A DNA stretch of 63,328 bases, the filler included, from Deltaproteobacteria bacterium (GTDB taxonomy: Bacteria; JAEEML01): assembly GCA_016283195.1 (NCBI GenBank). It is 7 parts of 7 records of this genome, joined end to end, with 100 filler letters (N's around TTAATTAATTAA, not from the genome) between each part and the next. Parts side by side here need not be neighbours in the genome. Positions count along the whole stretch, not along the records: positions 51,980 to 57,758 come from JAEEML010000183.1; positions 57,859 to 63,328 come from JAEEML010000185.1; 5 more parts are not named here. One strand, written 5' to 3'. A model generated the notes under the pieces. That model was not told where the DNA came from and ran no database searches. It saw only the letters and a program-made list of their open reading frames with translations. Positions 51,985 to 62,036 of this stretch are shown one piece after another. Both the position numbers and the translations under genes were made by a program. Every line of letters begins with the position of its first letter. Positions within the stretch are counted from its first letter, which is position 1.

Positions 51985-52380
51985 ATGGCATACGATGATG
52001 ATGGTTCCATAGGTGGCGTAGGCGGCAATAAGCGCAAAAATCTTTTTGCCCGCTATAACGAAATTATGAACATGGAAGATACGGCCCGCGCCGTTTATGA
52101 CGCTCCGCAGCGCCTTTTGGACGGAGAAGCGTTGCCTGCCGAAGCGGGCAACAGCAAAAATGTGGGCGAGCGTATTGCCGTACGCGAGAGCCAGGAGTCC
52201 CATGCCAGCGAGCTCTACTATAGCGATGGCATTGATTTACTCGGTAAATCAAAAACCACCGACAAGCCGGTTGAAGCTTCAAGTAATAAGGAATGGTACG
52301 GCCGGCGCGAAGAAGAAGAGGCCGAGCGCAAAGCCAGAGCCCCCCGCACCGATCTCATCGGCGCTTTTTTCAAACGCTAA
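51985..52380 (+). CDS. Hypothetical protein
   Basis: 131-aa hydrophilic ORF at the contig start; may be 5' incomplete. Confidence 0.5.
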   Translation: MAYDDDGSIGGVGGNKRKNLFARYNEIMNMEDTARAVYDAPQRLLDGEALPAEAGNSKNVGERIAVRESQESHASELYYSDGIDLLGKSKTTDKPVEASSNKEWYGRREEEEAERKARAPRTDLIGAFFKR

Positions 52381-52488
52381 TTATTACAAAAAAATATGTT
52401 TTTATCGCCTGTTACTATGGGTGTTGACAGGAACTTGGCACATACTTACGATGCTGTATAGGTGTCTTATGTACTAAAGGAGTTGGTC

Positions 52489-54861
52489 ATGAAAGTAAGT
52501 GTTTTAAAAGCCGCCGGTTGTTTGGGACTTATTTCTTTATTTTGCGCCCTGCCGGCTTGCGAGCATGAAAAAGTGCCGCTTAATTACGGGCTTGGCGGGT
52601 ATGAGCGCTCCTCGGCGGCGCTTATGTCTTTTGACAGCTGCTCTGATTTGGAGAGCTCCTTTAAAGAGCATCTAAAAGCCGAGATGCGCACCAGACTCAT
52701 CATGCTAAAAGAGAGCGGCTATTTCGACAGATTTGCTAAGAACTCTTCGGATTGGGGTGGAGTGTTTGCAACAAAGTCGATATCTGGTGGCACTCCGATA
52801 CCAGAATCTGAGCCTGTCGCACCGGCAATCCCGGAGCGCATAGAAGGCCTTGATTATTCCGGCACCAATAATCAGGAAGCAGGCGTTGATGAGGCCGATA
52901 TCGTTAAAACCGATGGCTATTATATATATGCTCTAAGCCAGGGCTCTTTACAGATTATGGGCGTGCCGGAATTTGGTAAGCTCACCAAAATCAGTTCGCT
53001 CCGTATTTCCGGCTATCCCATCGCCATGTTGCTTGATAGTTATATAGACCTTGATAGCAATAGTGATGCCGCGAGTGATGCTGTGAGCGATGCCGCTAGT
53101 GATGCTGTGAGCGATGCCGCTAGCGATGCTGCGAGCGATGCTGCGAGTGATGCTGATAGCGATAGCGCGGCAGGCGGCCCTGCTGAGCTCAAGGTGGCTG
53201 CCGGTAAAAATGCGTCGCGTCTCGTGGTCTTTTCCGTTATTCCAGCATTTTTTAAACCCGGTGAAGATGAGTACGAAAGACTCTTTTCCAGATCGGTTGA
53301 AGATTATACTTATTATTATGGTACTCCCAATTTTGATCAGCGTTACAATGAGCTAATGATAACTATTATTGATATTACCGACCGCGCAAAACCCAAAGCG
53401 ATAGCTAGTATTTATCTTGAGGGTGATTATTTAGCTGCCCGTAAAGTAGGGAAAACTATTCGCCTGGTTAGTTATGCGCAAATGTCTAATACGGAAGAGC
53501 TTATTTATACGCCGGAAGTTTCCAGCAGAGAACTGCGCTATCTTGACCCGGAAGGTTTGGAATTTAATAATAAAATCAATGCAATCATCAATGAGACCAT
53601 AGCTCATAACGACGCTGTTATCGATGAGCTTACTTTAGAGGATTTTCTGCCTAGCATGTCTTTATATGACAGACTGAATAATCGCTCAGAGAGTGTTACT
53701 TTTGCCGAAGAAAATTGTAAGAATTTTCAAATAGCCAAAGATGGTATCGGCCGCGGGGTAAATTCTATTTTTACTATGGATCTCGGGGCTGATGGCCTCT
53801 CCTGGCATGTAAACCATATTTTGGCTAATGCCGGAGTTATTTATGCCTCTAAGAATGATCTCATTATTGCCGAACCGGCTGAAGATTACTGGTGGTATTA
53901 CGGCTCTTCAAGTGCCGAAGAAGCTACCAATATTCACCGTTTTGATATCAGTAAAGCCGATAGCACCACCTATACCGGCTCGGTGCGGATAAGCGGTACG
54001 GTGGAGAATCAATTTGCTCTCTCCGAATATGAGGGCATTATTCGCGTAGCGGCCACTTTGGGCAATTGGAACCGTTGGTGGCTCGATGAGCGGAATGTGC
54101 AATCCAGCTCTGTCTATACTCTTGGCGGCCCGAGTGGCGATTTGGAAATTTTAGGCAGTGTTGGGGAAATTGCCCCCGGTGAAGAACTATATAGCGCCCG
54201 TTTTGATAAAAATGCCGGTTACCTCGTTACCTTTAGAAATACCGATCCGCTTTGGACTATCGATTTGAGCGATCCTAAAAAGCCGGCCATAAAAGGCGGA
54301 CTTGAAGTGCCGGGAGTTTCCACTTATATCCACCCGCTGGACGACGGCAAACACCTCCTGACCATCGGTTATGGCGGCAATGACAGCGGCCTTAACTGGC
54401 AGCCGCAAATTTCGCTCTTTGATATCAGTGATTTTAACAGGCCCCACTTAGATAGCTCGCTGCTTTTGGGCGCGGAGTATAAGAATGGTGACTGGGATAT
54501 GTATGGCAACAGCATAGCGCTTTATGAGCACAAAGCTTTTCAATATTGGGGCCCCATGTCCATGCTGGCTGTCCCCTTTAGCGGCGAGCAGCACTTATAT
54601 GATGATTATGGTAATTGGCACTACTATGTTTTAAGCACTTTGCAGCTCATTGATGTTGATTTGGAGCGCGGCCTAAAAAAACACGGTGAGCTCGCTCACA
54701 GCGCTTTTTATGATGATAATGATAATGAACTCTACCACTATTGGGGTGGAGAAGTCAGCCGCTCCATCTTTATGGGCGAATATATTTACGCTATTTCTCC
54801 GGCCGGCGCCACCTGCCATAAGCTGAATAATATGGCCCTTACCGGTAAAGTAATTTTTTAG
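52489..54861 (+). CDS. Secreted beta-propeller domain lipoprotein (Beta_propel/PF09826-like)
   Basis: Lipobox LPAC, YSGTNNQEAGVDEADIVKTDG, QFALSEY, VTFRNTDPL, PGVSTYIHP. Confidence 0.88.
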   Translation: MKVSVLKAAGCLGLISLFCALPACEHEKVPLNYGLGGYERSSAALMSFDSCSDLESSFKEHLKAEMRTRLIMLKESGYFDRFAKNSSDWGGVFATKSISGGTPIPESEPVAPAIPERIEGLDYSGTNNQEAGVDEADIVKTDGYYIYALSQGSLQIMGVPEFGKLTKISSLRISGYPIAMLLDSYIDLDSNSDAASDAVSDAASDAVSDAASDAASDAASDADSDSAAGGPAELKVAAGKNASRLVVFSVIPAFFKPGEDEYERLFSRSVEDYTYYYGTPNFDQRYNELMITIIDITDRAKPKAIASIYLEGDYLAARKVGKTIRLVSYAQMSNTEELIYTPEVSSRELRYLDPEGLEFNNKINAIINETIAHNDAVIDELTLEDFLPSMSLYDRLNNRSESVTFAEENCKNFQIAKDGIGRGVNSIFTMDLGADGLSWHVNHILANAGVIYASKNDLIIAEPAEDYWWYYGSSSAEEATNIHRFDISKADSTTYTGSVRISGTVENQFALSEYEGIIRVAATLGNWNRWWLDERNVQSSSVYTLGGPSGDLEILGSVGEIAPGEELYSARFDKNAGYLVTFRNTDPLWTIDLSDPKKPAIKGGLEVPGVSTYIHPLDDGKHLLTIGYGGNDSGLNWQPQISLFDISDFNRPHLDSSLLLGAEYKNGDWDMYGNSIALYEHKAFQYWGPMSMLAVPFSGEQHLYDDYGNWHYYVLSTLQLIDVDLERGLKKHGELAHSAFYDDNDNELYHYWGGEVSRSIFMGEYIYAISPAGATCHKLNNMALTGKVIF
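53053..53166 (+). repeat. 12-bp coding tandem repeat encoding SDA(A/V)
   Basis: Repeated AGYGATGCYGYN units within the propeller gene. Confidence 0.9.
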
Positions 54862-54963
54862 ACCCACCGTTTTAGCAGGTTGCCTGTTTTCGCCGTTTTC
54901 TCCAAAACGAAAAATTAACCTATTGTTTTTTAAGATAAAATAAGTTTTAGCTTCCAATAAGAG

Positions 54964-55038
54964 GAGCCCCTCGCCGCTTGGGAGAGGGGCGATTTTCATA
55001 AAAATCCAACAAGTTAGGAGGAGAGGTCACAGAAAAGG
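54964..55038. repeat. REP/MITE-like repeat, copy 4, between convergent genes
   Basis: GAGCCCCTCGCC..GGAGAGGGGCGATTTT..AAAAATCCAACAAG matches the reverse complement of copy 2. Confidence 0.8.
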
Positions 55039-55040
55039 AC

Positions 55041-56285
55041 TTAATCGCCAAAGATAAGGAAAGTGTAAGAATCTGTTCCGCTGCAGGCACTATTTGTACA
55101 CTGGGAACTACAAGGTGGACTGCTTCCGCTAATACTAAATGATTTTGTTATAGGCACACTAATGTTTTGGCCACTAAGTGATGCGTTACCGAAAATTACG
55201 GGATTGGTAATGGCTTTATTAAGAGTGATGGTAGTATCGCTTGTTTTACTGGCGCCTTGGCCGGTAAAGCTGGTTATTTTGCCATTGCAATAGCAAGTGC
55301 CGCCGCAGCTACTGCCACTTTGACTACCAGAACATTGTTCAGTGCAATTTGATTTGCTGCTATGGGTAACGATTACTTTGCCATAGGCTCTGGGAGCATA
55401 AATGTCCTTAAGTTCCTTCTGCTCAACGCAGTTTTCACAAGTGAGATCCAGAGCTTTATCGGCACTTTTTGCCGTGGTAGCCTCATTGGCTTTATCGGCT
55501 TTGGCTGCTGTGCCGCTATAATAATCGGCAGTTAGAGTGCCGCTTGTGCCATTACTGGAATTTTCTAATAAAATAGTGGGATTAGGGCCGCTGATGTGGA
55601 TATCGGCGCCGCCGTTTTCGCTGTTATCGCTCAAAATGGTGATGGGCGCATCTGGCTCAGTGGTACCGATGGCAATCGTGGCGCCTTCTATAGCCAGTAC
55701 TTCCAGCGGGCGGCGCACCGGCTCGCGATTATAGTAACGATATGCGCCATCGGCTTCGTCATAGCAGTGGTCTTGGTCAAAAGTCTGGTGCTCAAAAGAA
55801 TTGCCACATTCAAATTGCATTTGGTTGTGGTCGCATGGGCACTTTTGAGCGCCTTCATCAGTTTGGCTGTCCAGTTCGCCTTTATTAAAGCGGTAAATAC
55901 CGCCGCCTTCGATGGGTGCTGTTTTGAGATTTTCGGCCACCTTACTTGATATGGCATAAGGCACGGCGGTAATTGGCAAAATGGGCTCTAAAGTTACCTC
56001 ATCCACCGTGATTTTTAAATAAAGCTTATCGGCAGTCGCTACTTTGGCGCTATCAATATCATTAATAATAACAGTATATAAGCCGTTTTCTACCGGTATG
56101 GCATCCTTTTTTTCGGCAATAAGGCGGCTATTATCATCAATAATAGAAAAGCTCATGCTTACGCTTTTATTAACGAGAGCGCCATCTTCGCGCAAAAGGC
56201 CGTTGACGGTAAAAGAGAGCGGCACGCCGGCGTAGGCTGTGGTGCTTAAAAGCAGAGTGAGCGCTATAATGAGAAAATTACGCAT
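55041..56285 (-). CDS. Secreted fibre/adhesin-like protein
   Basis: Signal peptide, VP..G.L...NG.Y.V...L.I.V...L.P....AVPYA N-terminal domain, AKADKA..AKSADKA repeats, Cys-rich tip. Confidence 0.6.
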   Translation of the reverse strand: MRNFLIIALTLLLSTTAYAGVPLSFTVNGLLREDGALVNKSVSMSFSIIDDNSRLIAEKKDAIPVENGLYTVIINDIDSAKVATADKLYLKITVDEVTLEPILPITAVPYAISSKVAENLKTAPIEGGGIYRFNKGELDSQTDEGAQKCPCDHNQMQFECGNSFEHQTFDQDHCYDEADGAYRYYNREPVRRPLEVLAIEGATIAIGTTEPDAPITILSDNSENGGADIHISGPNPTILLENSSNGTSGTLTADYYSGTAAKADKANEATTAKSADKALDLTCENCVEQKELKDIYAPRAYGKVIVTHSSKSNCTEQCSGSQSGSSCGGTCYCNGKITSFTGQGASKTSDTTITLNKAITNPVIFGNASLSGQNISVPITKSFSISGSSPPCSSQCTNSACSGTDSYTFLIFGD

Positions 56286-56438
56286 ATTATACCTCCTGGC
56301 AAAACGCTGTCAGTTAGTTGCGTTAGCCATTCTAACAAAGTAATAGTCTATTTTTTACCTTGGGAGGTCAACCAAAAAGATAGACTTTTGATTTTTAAAT
56401 GGCGTACAATGAAGCGGCTTTCTTATGGGAGGTGCAAG

Positions 56439-57758
56439 ATGAAAGCACGCAGTTTGAGCCTTGTTTTAGCCGGAGTACTAGTCTTAAACGCTTGCGGTGA
56501 GAAACCGATAGGCGAGGAGCCGCAAAATAGCGGCGAAGAGCAAAAACCGGCCGAGCAGAAGCCGGTTGACACCAATACTGATAAGCAAAATAAAAACTGC
56601 CCTGAGGGTAAAATAGGCAATAATTGCGAATATTGCGCCCCAGGCTACTATGGCGATAGCTGCACTGCCTGTAATTGTGTAAACGGCACTTGCAACGATG
56701 GCAAAACCGGCAACGGCGCTTGCGTATGTGCCTCTGGTTATAAAGGCACCACCTGCGCTATTGAGTGCACCGGTGGCCATGAAAATCCCTGCAATGGCAA
56801 GGGCACCTGTCAGGATGACGGTTCCTGCCTATGTAATAACAATGTGGAAGGCGCTGATTGTTCCGGCTGCCCTGGCAACAAAACCAATTACCCCGAGTGC
56901 GACAAATGTATTACCGGCTATTATGGAGCTAATTGCGAGAGTGCTTGCCCGGGCATGGGCACCGATAACGGTGTTTGCGGCGGCCGCGGCACTTGTAACG
57001 AGAGTGGCAAGTGCGAATGTCAGGGCAATTGGGACGGCGAACTCTGCAACCAATGTAAAGAGCATTTTGCCGGTATTGATTGTGAAAAGTGTGCCAAAGG
57101 CTGGAAGGGTGATAATTGTGAGATAGAGATTAAGACATCTTGCAACTTTACTTATGCTTTTGCTCCTAGAGAGAGTTATACATTTACGGCAGCGGCTATT
57201 AATGTGGACTGGCCCAAAGCCGGTTATTCCAAAGCCAAAGCGCTTTATAAAGCCATGGGCTACGGCTATGAAGATGTGGATATTCATTCGGTGGAGGAGG
57301 CCGAAGGTGAGGCCATTATAGCTGAAGAAGGTTATGGCGAACCGGCGTCTGACGAAGTTGGTGGCGGTGGTGGTGACGATGGTCGTGTTTATCCTTGGAA
57401 CTCCACTTATTCAAATCCCGACTACACCGATTCTCTGCCTATTTTTGTTCGGGCTAAGGCTTGGGCTGATAATGAAAAACGTTGCTATGAAGTGCCGGGC
57501 GATAGCGAGTATCCAATATTGGCTGTGGAATATACCCAAGATGAGGCTTACGACCTTTATGTAAAAATTGCCGAAAAAACTACCGGCAATACTTTGGACC
57601 AATCGACCAATCGGCGTAATGTGGTGGGTATTCGCGGCAGTAATCCCGGCCGCTTTAGTTATCATGGTAATACGCCGGATCGCTATGACGATACCCTGGT
57701 GCTTTTGTGGAAAGATGCGAATGGCGGCAAGCATGTTTTGGAATTCCCGGTTACCACC
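56439..57758 (+). CDS. Lipoprotein with EGF/laminin-like Cys repeats and an unassigned C-terminal domain, 3' truncated
   Basis: GGAGG RBS, lipobox LNAC, repeated C..GY.G..C modules. Confidence 0.8.
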
Positions 57759-57976
57759 NNNNNNNNNNNNNNNNNNNNNNNNNNNNNNNNNNNNNNNNNN
57801 NNTTAATTAATTAANNNNNNNNNNNNNNNNNNNNNNNNNNNNNNNNNNNNNNNNNNNNGTTTGGCTTTCTATGCCGGCTTCCGATTTAGTGGCGGCTGTT
57901 ATTTCGGCTCTACTTATGATACAGCTTTATAAGAGCTGGAAGCAAAAGGGCTATCTGGAGGCGGCGTAAAAAGATA

Positions 57977-59197
57977 ATGAAGCTCAATTTTTCCAAAAAT
58001 TCCGGCAATTTTGAGCTTGTTATCTGGACAATTTATTATCTGCTCATGTTTACTATCGGCCGCTATCCGCTCTTTAAACAGGCGGTTATTTGGGGCGGCG
58101 GTGGCTTGGCTTTTGCCCTAACCACCAGATTTATTTACTATAATTTCAAGCAAATACCTAAAGAATCAATACTTTTACTGGCTCTTTGGTTTTGGTCGCT
58201 CACCGGCGGTCTTTTGGCCATTGACATGCACGGATATTCGGAATACCTGCGCCTTTTGGGGCAGCTGGTACTAATTGTGATATTCCTGGGCACAATTTAC
58301 AAAAAGAGCACTGATAACACCTTGTTTTTACTGGCTATTATTATTCCTCCGCTCTTCATGCTGGGCGATTTGCTCTGGGGCCGCTCTTCACCGGATGTGG
58401 TGGCCATGGCGCTGGAAAGCGCCACCACCGAACGGGCTTCGGGCCTCGCCAACGACCCAAACTTTTTCGGCATGTTTTGCTGCATGGGCAGTTGGGCCGC
58501 TCTCGCCACCATGAGCCATAGCAAAAAAAGAATTTTCGATATTATTTTAATCGTCTATCTGGGGGTGATGTTTTACGGGATTCTCATTGCCGCTTCTCGA
58601 AGTGCCTTTTTGGTTTATGCCCTCATTATCGCCGGCTGGGTCATTCTCTGTCTGCCGCAAAAAGTGCCTTTAACCGGTCTGCGCCTCGTTTTGCTGGCCG
58701 CTTTTATTGTTTTGGCTCTTTTTGTCACCGAGTGGATTTTTAACAATACCTTTTTGGGCAGCCGCAGTACTCAGGCTTTTGAAAACGCCGATGAGCAAAA
58801 CCGCGTCCGCCTCCTGCTCTTCGGCCTGGAACTCTTTCTCGAAAGCCCCATCATCGGTCACGGTTTGGCCCAATTTGTGGTTTTGGAACCAACCGGCCAC
58901 TATTCACATAATGATTTTATTGAACTTTTAGCTACCACCGGCCTCTTTGGCACCATACTTTATCTTGCTGTTTTTATAAGTATATTTATAAAATTATACC
59001 GGGCGGCCAAATATTTTAAAAAGAGCGAAATCCATAATGAAATAATGCTTTACCTCATAGCACTCGTTTTTTTACTGGCCTCCGGCACTTTTAATGTCAA
59101 CTTTGCTTCCATGGACCGGGCCTTTTTTATGGCCATTCTCATCGGCATGGCCGGAAAATTTGATAAACTGCGCCAGGAGACTATATCAAGAGGCTGA
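57977..59197 (+). CDS. O-antigen ligase/polymerase (Wzy_C) family membrane protein
   Basis: RASGLANDPN, ASRSA, PIIGHG, HNDFIELLATTGLFG; many TM helices. Confidence 0.88.
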   Translation: MKLNFSKNSGNFELVIWTIYYLLMFTIGRYPLFKQAVIWGGGGLAFALTTRFIYYNFKQIPKESILLLALWFWSLTGGLLAIDMHGYSEYLRLLGQLVLIVIFLGTIYKKSTDNTLFLLAIIIPPLFMLGDLLWGRSSPDVVAMALESATTERASGLANDPNFFGMFCCMGSWAALATMSHSKKRIFDIILIVYLGVMFYGILIAASRSAFLVYALIIAGWVILCLPQKVPLTGLRLVLLAAFIVLALFVTEWIFNNTFLGSRSTQAFENADEQNRVRLLLFGLELFLESPIIGHGLAQFVVLEPTGHYSHNDFIELLATTGLFGTILYLAVFISIFIKLYRAAKYFKKSEIHNEIMLYLIALVFLLASGTFNVNFASMDRAFFMAILIGMAGKFDKLRQETISRG

Positions 59198-59238
59198 TTC
59201 CTCACCATCTCACATTCCCTGCAGGGAAATTTCAGTGG

Positions 59239-59350
59239 CGCCCGCCGCAGGCGGGCGATCGCGCTGATTTTTCAAAATTCTACAGGGTACCCTGTATATT
59301 AGGTCTTGAAAAGACCTAACGAATTTTTCCGTGCCCATGGGCACAAGGAG
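59239..59350 (+). repeat. Multi-palindrome leader element, copy 1
   Basis: Four conserved inverted repeats ending at the AAGGAG RBS; homologous to 62336-62446. Confidence 0.85.
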
Positions 59351-59356
59351 TGCAGT

Positions 59357-60304
59357 ATGAAGAAGTGTAATCTCTTAGTCTCAGCAATGTTAACTCTGGC
59401 CCTCACGGCCTGCGGCGGTGCCGGCGAGCAAGGGCCGGAAGGGAAGCAAGGCCCCCAAGGACTCAAAGGTGATGCCGGCAGCGACGGCCAGCCGGGCAGC
59501 GACGGTGAAGGCTGTTATGTGGTGAAAAAAGATGCCGACCACGGCATTGTCATTTGCCCGGCCGATGGCTCTTCCTATGTCATCTATAGCCCGGAAAATC
59601 TGCCCAAAGCCAATGGCTTACCTAATGGCAATGGCGGCTATCTCTTTTGCAATGCTGGCTACTTTGGAGCGGAGTGTGAGGCCTGCGCCTGTGAGCATGG
59701 TACTTGCAATGACGGCTTAAACGGTAATGGTGAATGCTCTTGTGCCAAAGGTTACACCGGCAAAGATTGTTCTGTACTTGCCCTTGGTTACATGGCAGAC
59801 ACCACTGGCAAAGCCTATAAAACAGTTGTTATTGGTACAAAAGAATGGATGGCCGAAAATATGGCTACCGACTCCGCCACCGATGGTTCTTCTGTTACTT
59901 GCTATGCCAATACCGATGCCGATCCAGACTTTGTGGAACATTACGGCTGCCTCTACAACTTTGAAGAAGCGCAAAAAGTGTGCCCGGCCGGCTGGCATTT
60001 ACCGATTTCAACCGAGTTTAGTGAATTACGAAATGCTGCCGGTGATAACAACCAAAGTAAATCAGATAATCTGCGTTCTAAATCTTGGAATGGCAATGAT
60101 AGTCTTGGCTTTAACGCTCTCCCTGCCGGTTTATTCAATGGTAATACCTACAGCGATCAATATGTCGAAACCAGATTTTGGTCAGCAACAAAACAATCGG
60201 GCTCAGACAAACCTTTACTAATGCGGATAACCGAATCCAGTGCTAGTGATGCTATTGACAATCTAAACTCGTCTGCTTATTCCGTCCGCTGTATTAAGGA
60301 CTAA
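59357..60304 (+). CDS. Lipoprotein with collagen-like, EGF-like and FISUMP domains
   Basis: Lipobox LTAC, G-X-Y triplets, YKTVVIGTKEWMAEN, VCPAGWHLP, YSVRCIKD. Confidence 0.92.
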   Translation: MKKCNLLVSAMLTLALTACGGAGEQGPEGKQGPQGLKGDAGSDGQPGSDGEGCYVVKKDADHGIVICPADGSSYVIYSPENLPKANGLPNGNGGYLFCNAGYFGAECEACACEHGTCNDGLNGNGECSCAKGYTGKDCSVLALGYMADTTGKAYKTVVIGTKEWMAENMATDSATDGSSVTCYANTDADPDFVEHYGCLYNFEEAQKVCPAGWHLPISTEFSELRNAAGDNNQSKSDNLRSKSWNGNDSLGFNALPAGLFNGNTYSDQYVETRFWSATKQSGSDKPLLMRITESSASDAIDNLNSSAYSVRCIKD

Positions 60305-60419
60305 ACAGCGCTTTAATTCCCAAAAGGTCATTTTGCATTACCACAGCAGGGCGGATTTTAGTCGGTAGGCTACCAACCGGGTCACCAAAATCAATAAGCC
60401 AGATTTCACCATGTGTCAT
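60294..60419 (-). pseudogene. Truncated PemK/MazF toxin (41 codons)
   Basis: Manual translation MTHGEIWLIDFGDPVGSLPTKIRPAVVMQNDLLGIKALFSP*; not present in the ORF track. Confidence 0.8.
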
Positions 60420-60603
60420 TCTTTAATTCCTCCCACATGGCATTCATAGAATTTCTAGCCACATCTTGCTCCAACTCGGAAAAGTCGGCTTCGCTCCTTT
60501 TATACTTCAATGATTCAAGCATCTTAGCCATTAAAACAATGGCCTGTTCATAAGAAAGTGCTAAAACCTGTTCGCTAAAATCAGAAAAAGCTGCATCACC
60601 CTT
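60406..60603 (-). pseudogene. Probable antitoxin with lost start codon
   Basis: Overlaps the MazF fragment start; AAG sits where ATG is expected, 7 nt after GGAGG; N-terminus resembles the 51210 antitoxin. Confidence 0.55.
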
Positions 60604-60733
60604 CTGGCCACCTCCAAACACTCTTTATAGCACATATTTTCATATTTCACCAGCGTCGCCCAATTTGGCTGGTCGCCCCGATCTCGGCTCGGCGATCAAA
60701 TTAGCGCCCGCCACAGGCGTATGGCACGCTATT

Positions 60734-60765
60734 ACTCCGAAAATATGTGGCTAACCACAACTTTT
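60734..60765. repeat. 32-bp direct repeat, downstream copy
   Basis: ACTCCGAAAATATGTGGCTAACCACAACTTTT is identical to 62037-62068. Confidence 0.95.
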
Positions 60766-60780
60766 AGAAAGAAAGCAGCC

Positions 60781-62031
60781 TTATAGAATCTTATCGTTAA
60801 GCAAAAAATCCAGCAAACTGATTGTCTGAATACCCCACTCATCGGTTTTGGGTTTAATGGTATCACCAACAATGATGATTTTTTTGAAATTATCTCTAAT
60901 TGCCCAAAAAGGCCGCTCCTCCTGTGACTTTTTTTCCTCATTTGGCAGTTTAAAAGCCGACTGTATATAGATGCGCTCGGCACCACGATTCACCACAAAA
61001 TCAACCTCAAGTTTCTGTCTAAAAGATTTGCCTGCCTCATTTTTTGACCAATTTTCAACTAAACCGACATCAACGCTGTAGCCTCTCATTTTCAGTTCGT
61101 TATATATAATATTTTCCATAATATGCGGTTCTTCCTGCTGTCTAAAATTCAAAACAGATGCTCTAAGGCCCATATCCGCAAAATAATACTTGCTCTCGGT
61201 ACCAATATATTTTCTGCCTTTGACATCGTAACGGAGCGCCTCTTCGATTAAAAAAGCATCCTGAAGGCAATCTATATAGAATTGTATGGTTTTATCTGTT
61301 ACGGAATTATAGCCGCTTGATTTGAATGTATTGCTAATGCGCCTGGGATTCACTGTGGAGCCTATCGAAGAGGCAAGCACCTGAACAACTTTGGCAAGTC
61401 CCTCTGGATTTCGCAGGCGATTTCGTTCCAACACATCTTTTAAATATGTTAGTTCATAGAGATTTTTTAAGTAATTTATCTTCTTTTCTTCGGAATCAAA
61501 TTGCAAAATCTGCGGTAGCCCACCGTATGTATAATACTCATTCCAGGCCTCTATCTTGTCCCCGCCTACGGCTGAATAGAATTCGGCAAACGAAAGCGGC
61601 CAAACACGGATTTCATCACCCCGCCCGCGAAATTCCGTCACCACATCTTTGGAGAGAAATTTTGAATTGCTTCCGGAAACATAGACATCAAGCTGCGGAT
61701 TATGCATCAGACTCAACAGGACTTCCACAAAACTGTCAGCCAGCTGAACTTCATCAATGATAACATAATGGGTTTTTCCGTCATTTTTAATCTGAGAATC
61801 GATATAACTAAGAAGATTCTCCGGGTTCCTTAAACTTTTGCTGCGCAGGTCATCGAGGGCAAGCTTGATAATATGATTCTCTTCAATGCCCTTTTCTTTT
61901 AAGTAGTTGTAAAAAATCTTAAAAAGTAAAAAAGATTTTCCGGAACGGCGCATACCGGTAATGATCTTAATTAAGCCATTACCTGCGCCGGATATGAGCA
62001 TATCAAGATATTTTTTACGCTGAATGAGCAT
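60781..62031 (-). CDS. AAA_14 ATPase with DUF4143-type C-terminal domain
   Basis: ITGMRRSGKS, IDEVQ, SGSNS, PLSFAEF, GGLP, YFADMG, EVDFV; ATG at 62031 follows GGAG. Confidence 0.92.
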   Translation of the reverse strand: MLIQRKKYLDMLISGAGNGLIKIITGMRRSGKSFLLFKIFYNYLKEKGIEENHIIKLALDDLRSKSLRNPENLLSYIDSQIKNDGKTHYVIIDEVQLADSFVEVLLSLMHNPQLDVYVSGSNSKFLSKDVVTEFRGRGDEIRVWPLSFAEFYSAVGGDKIEAWNEYYTYGGLPQILQFDSEEKKINYLKNLYELTYLKDVLERNRLRNPEGLAKVVQVLASSIGSTVNPRRISNTFKSSGYNSVTDKTIQFYIDCLQDAFLIEEALRYDVKGRKYIGTESKYYFADMGLRASVLNFRQQEEPHIMENIIYNELKMRGYSVDVGLVENWSKNEAGKSFRQKLEVDFVVNRGAERIYIQSAFKLPNEEKKSQEERPFWAIRDNFKKIIIVGDTIKPKTDEWGIQTISLLDFLLNDKIL

Positions 62032-62036
62032 AGTCC

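Noticed and set aside
60700-60720. Third copy of the palindrome leader (CGCCCGCCACAGGCG)
   Set aside because: Only about 15 nt match the first hairpin and the other stems are absent; could be chance or a remnant
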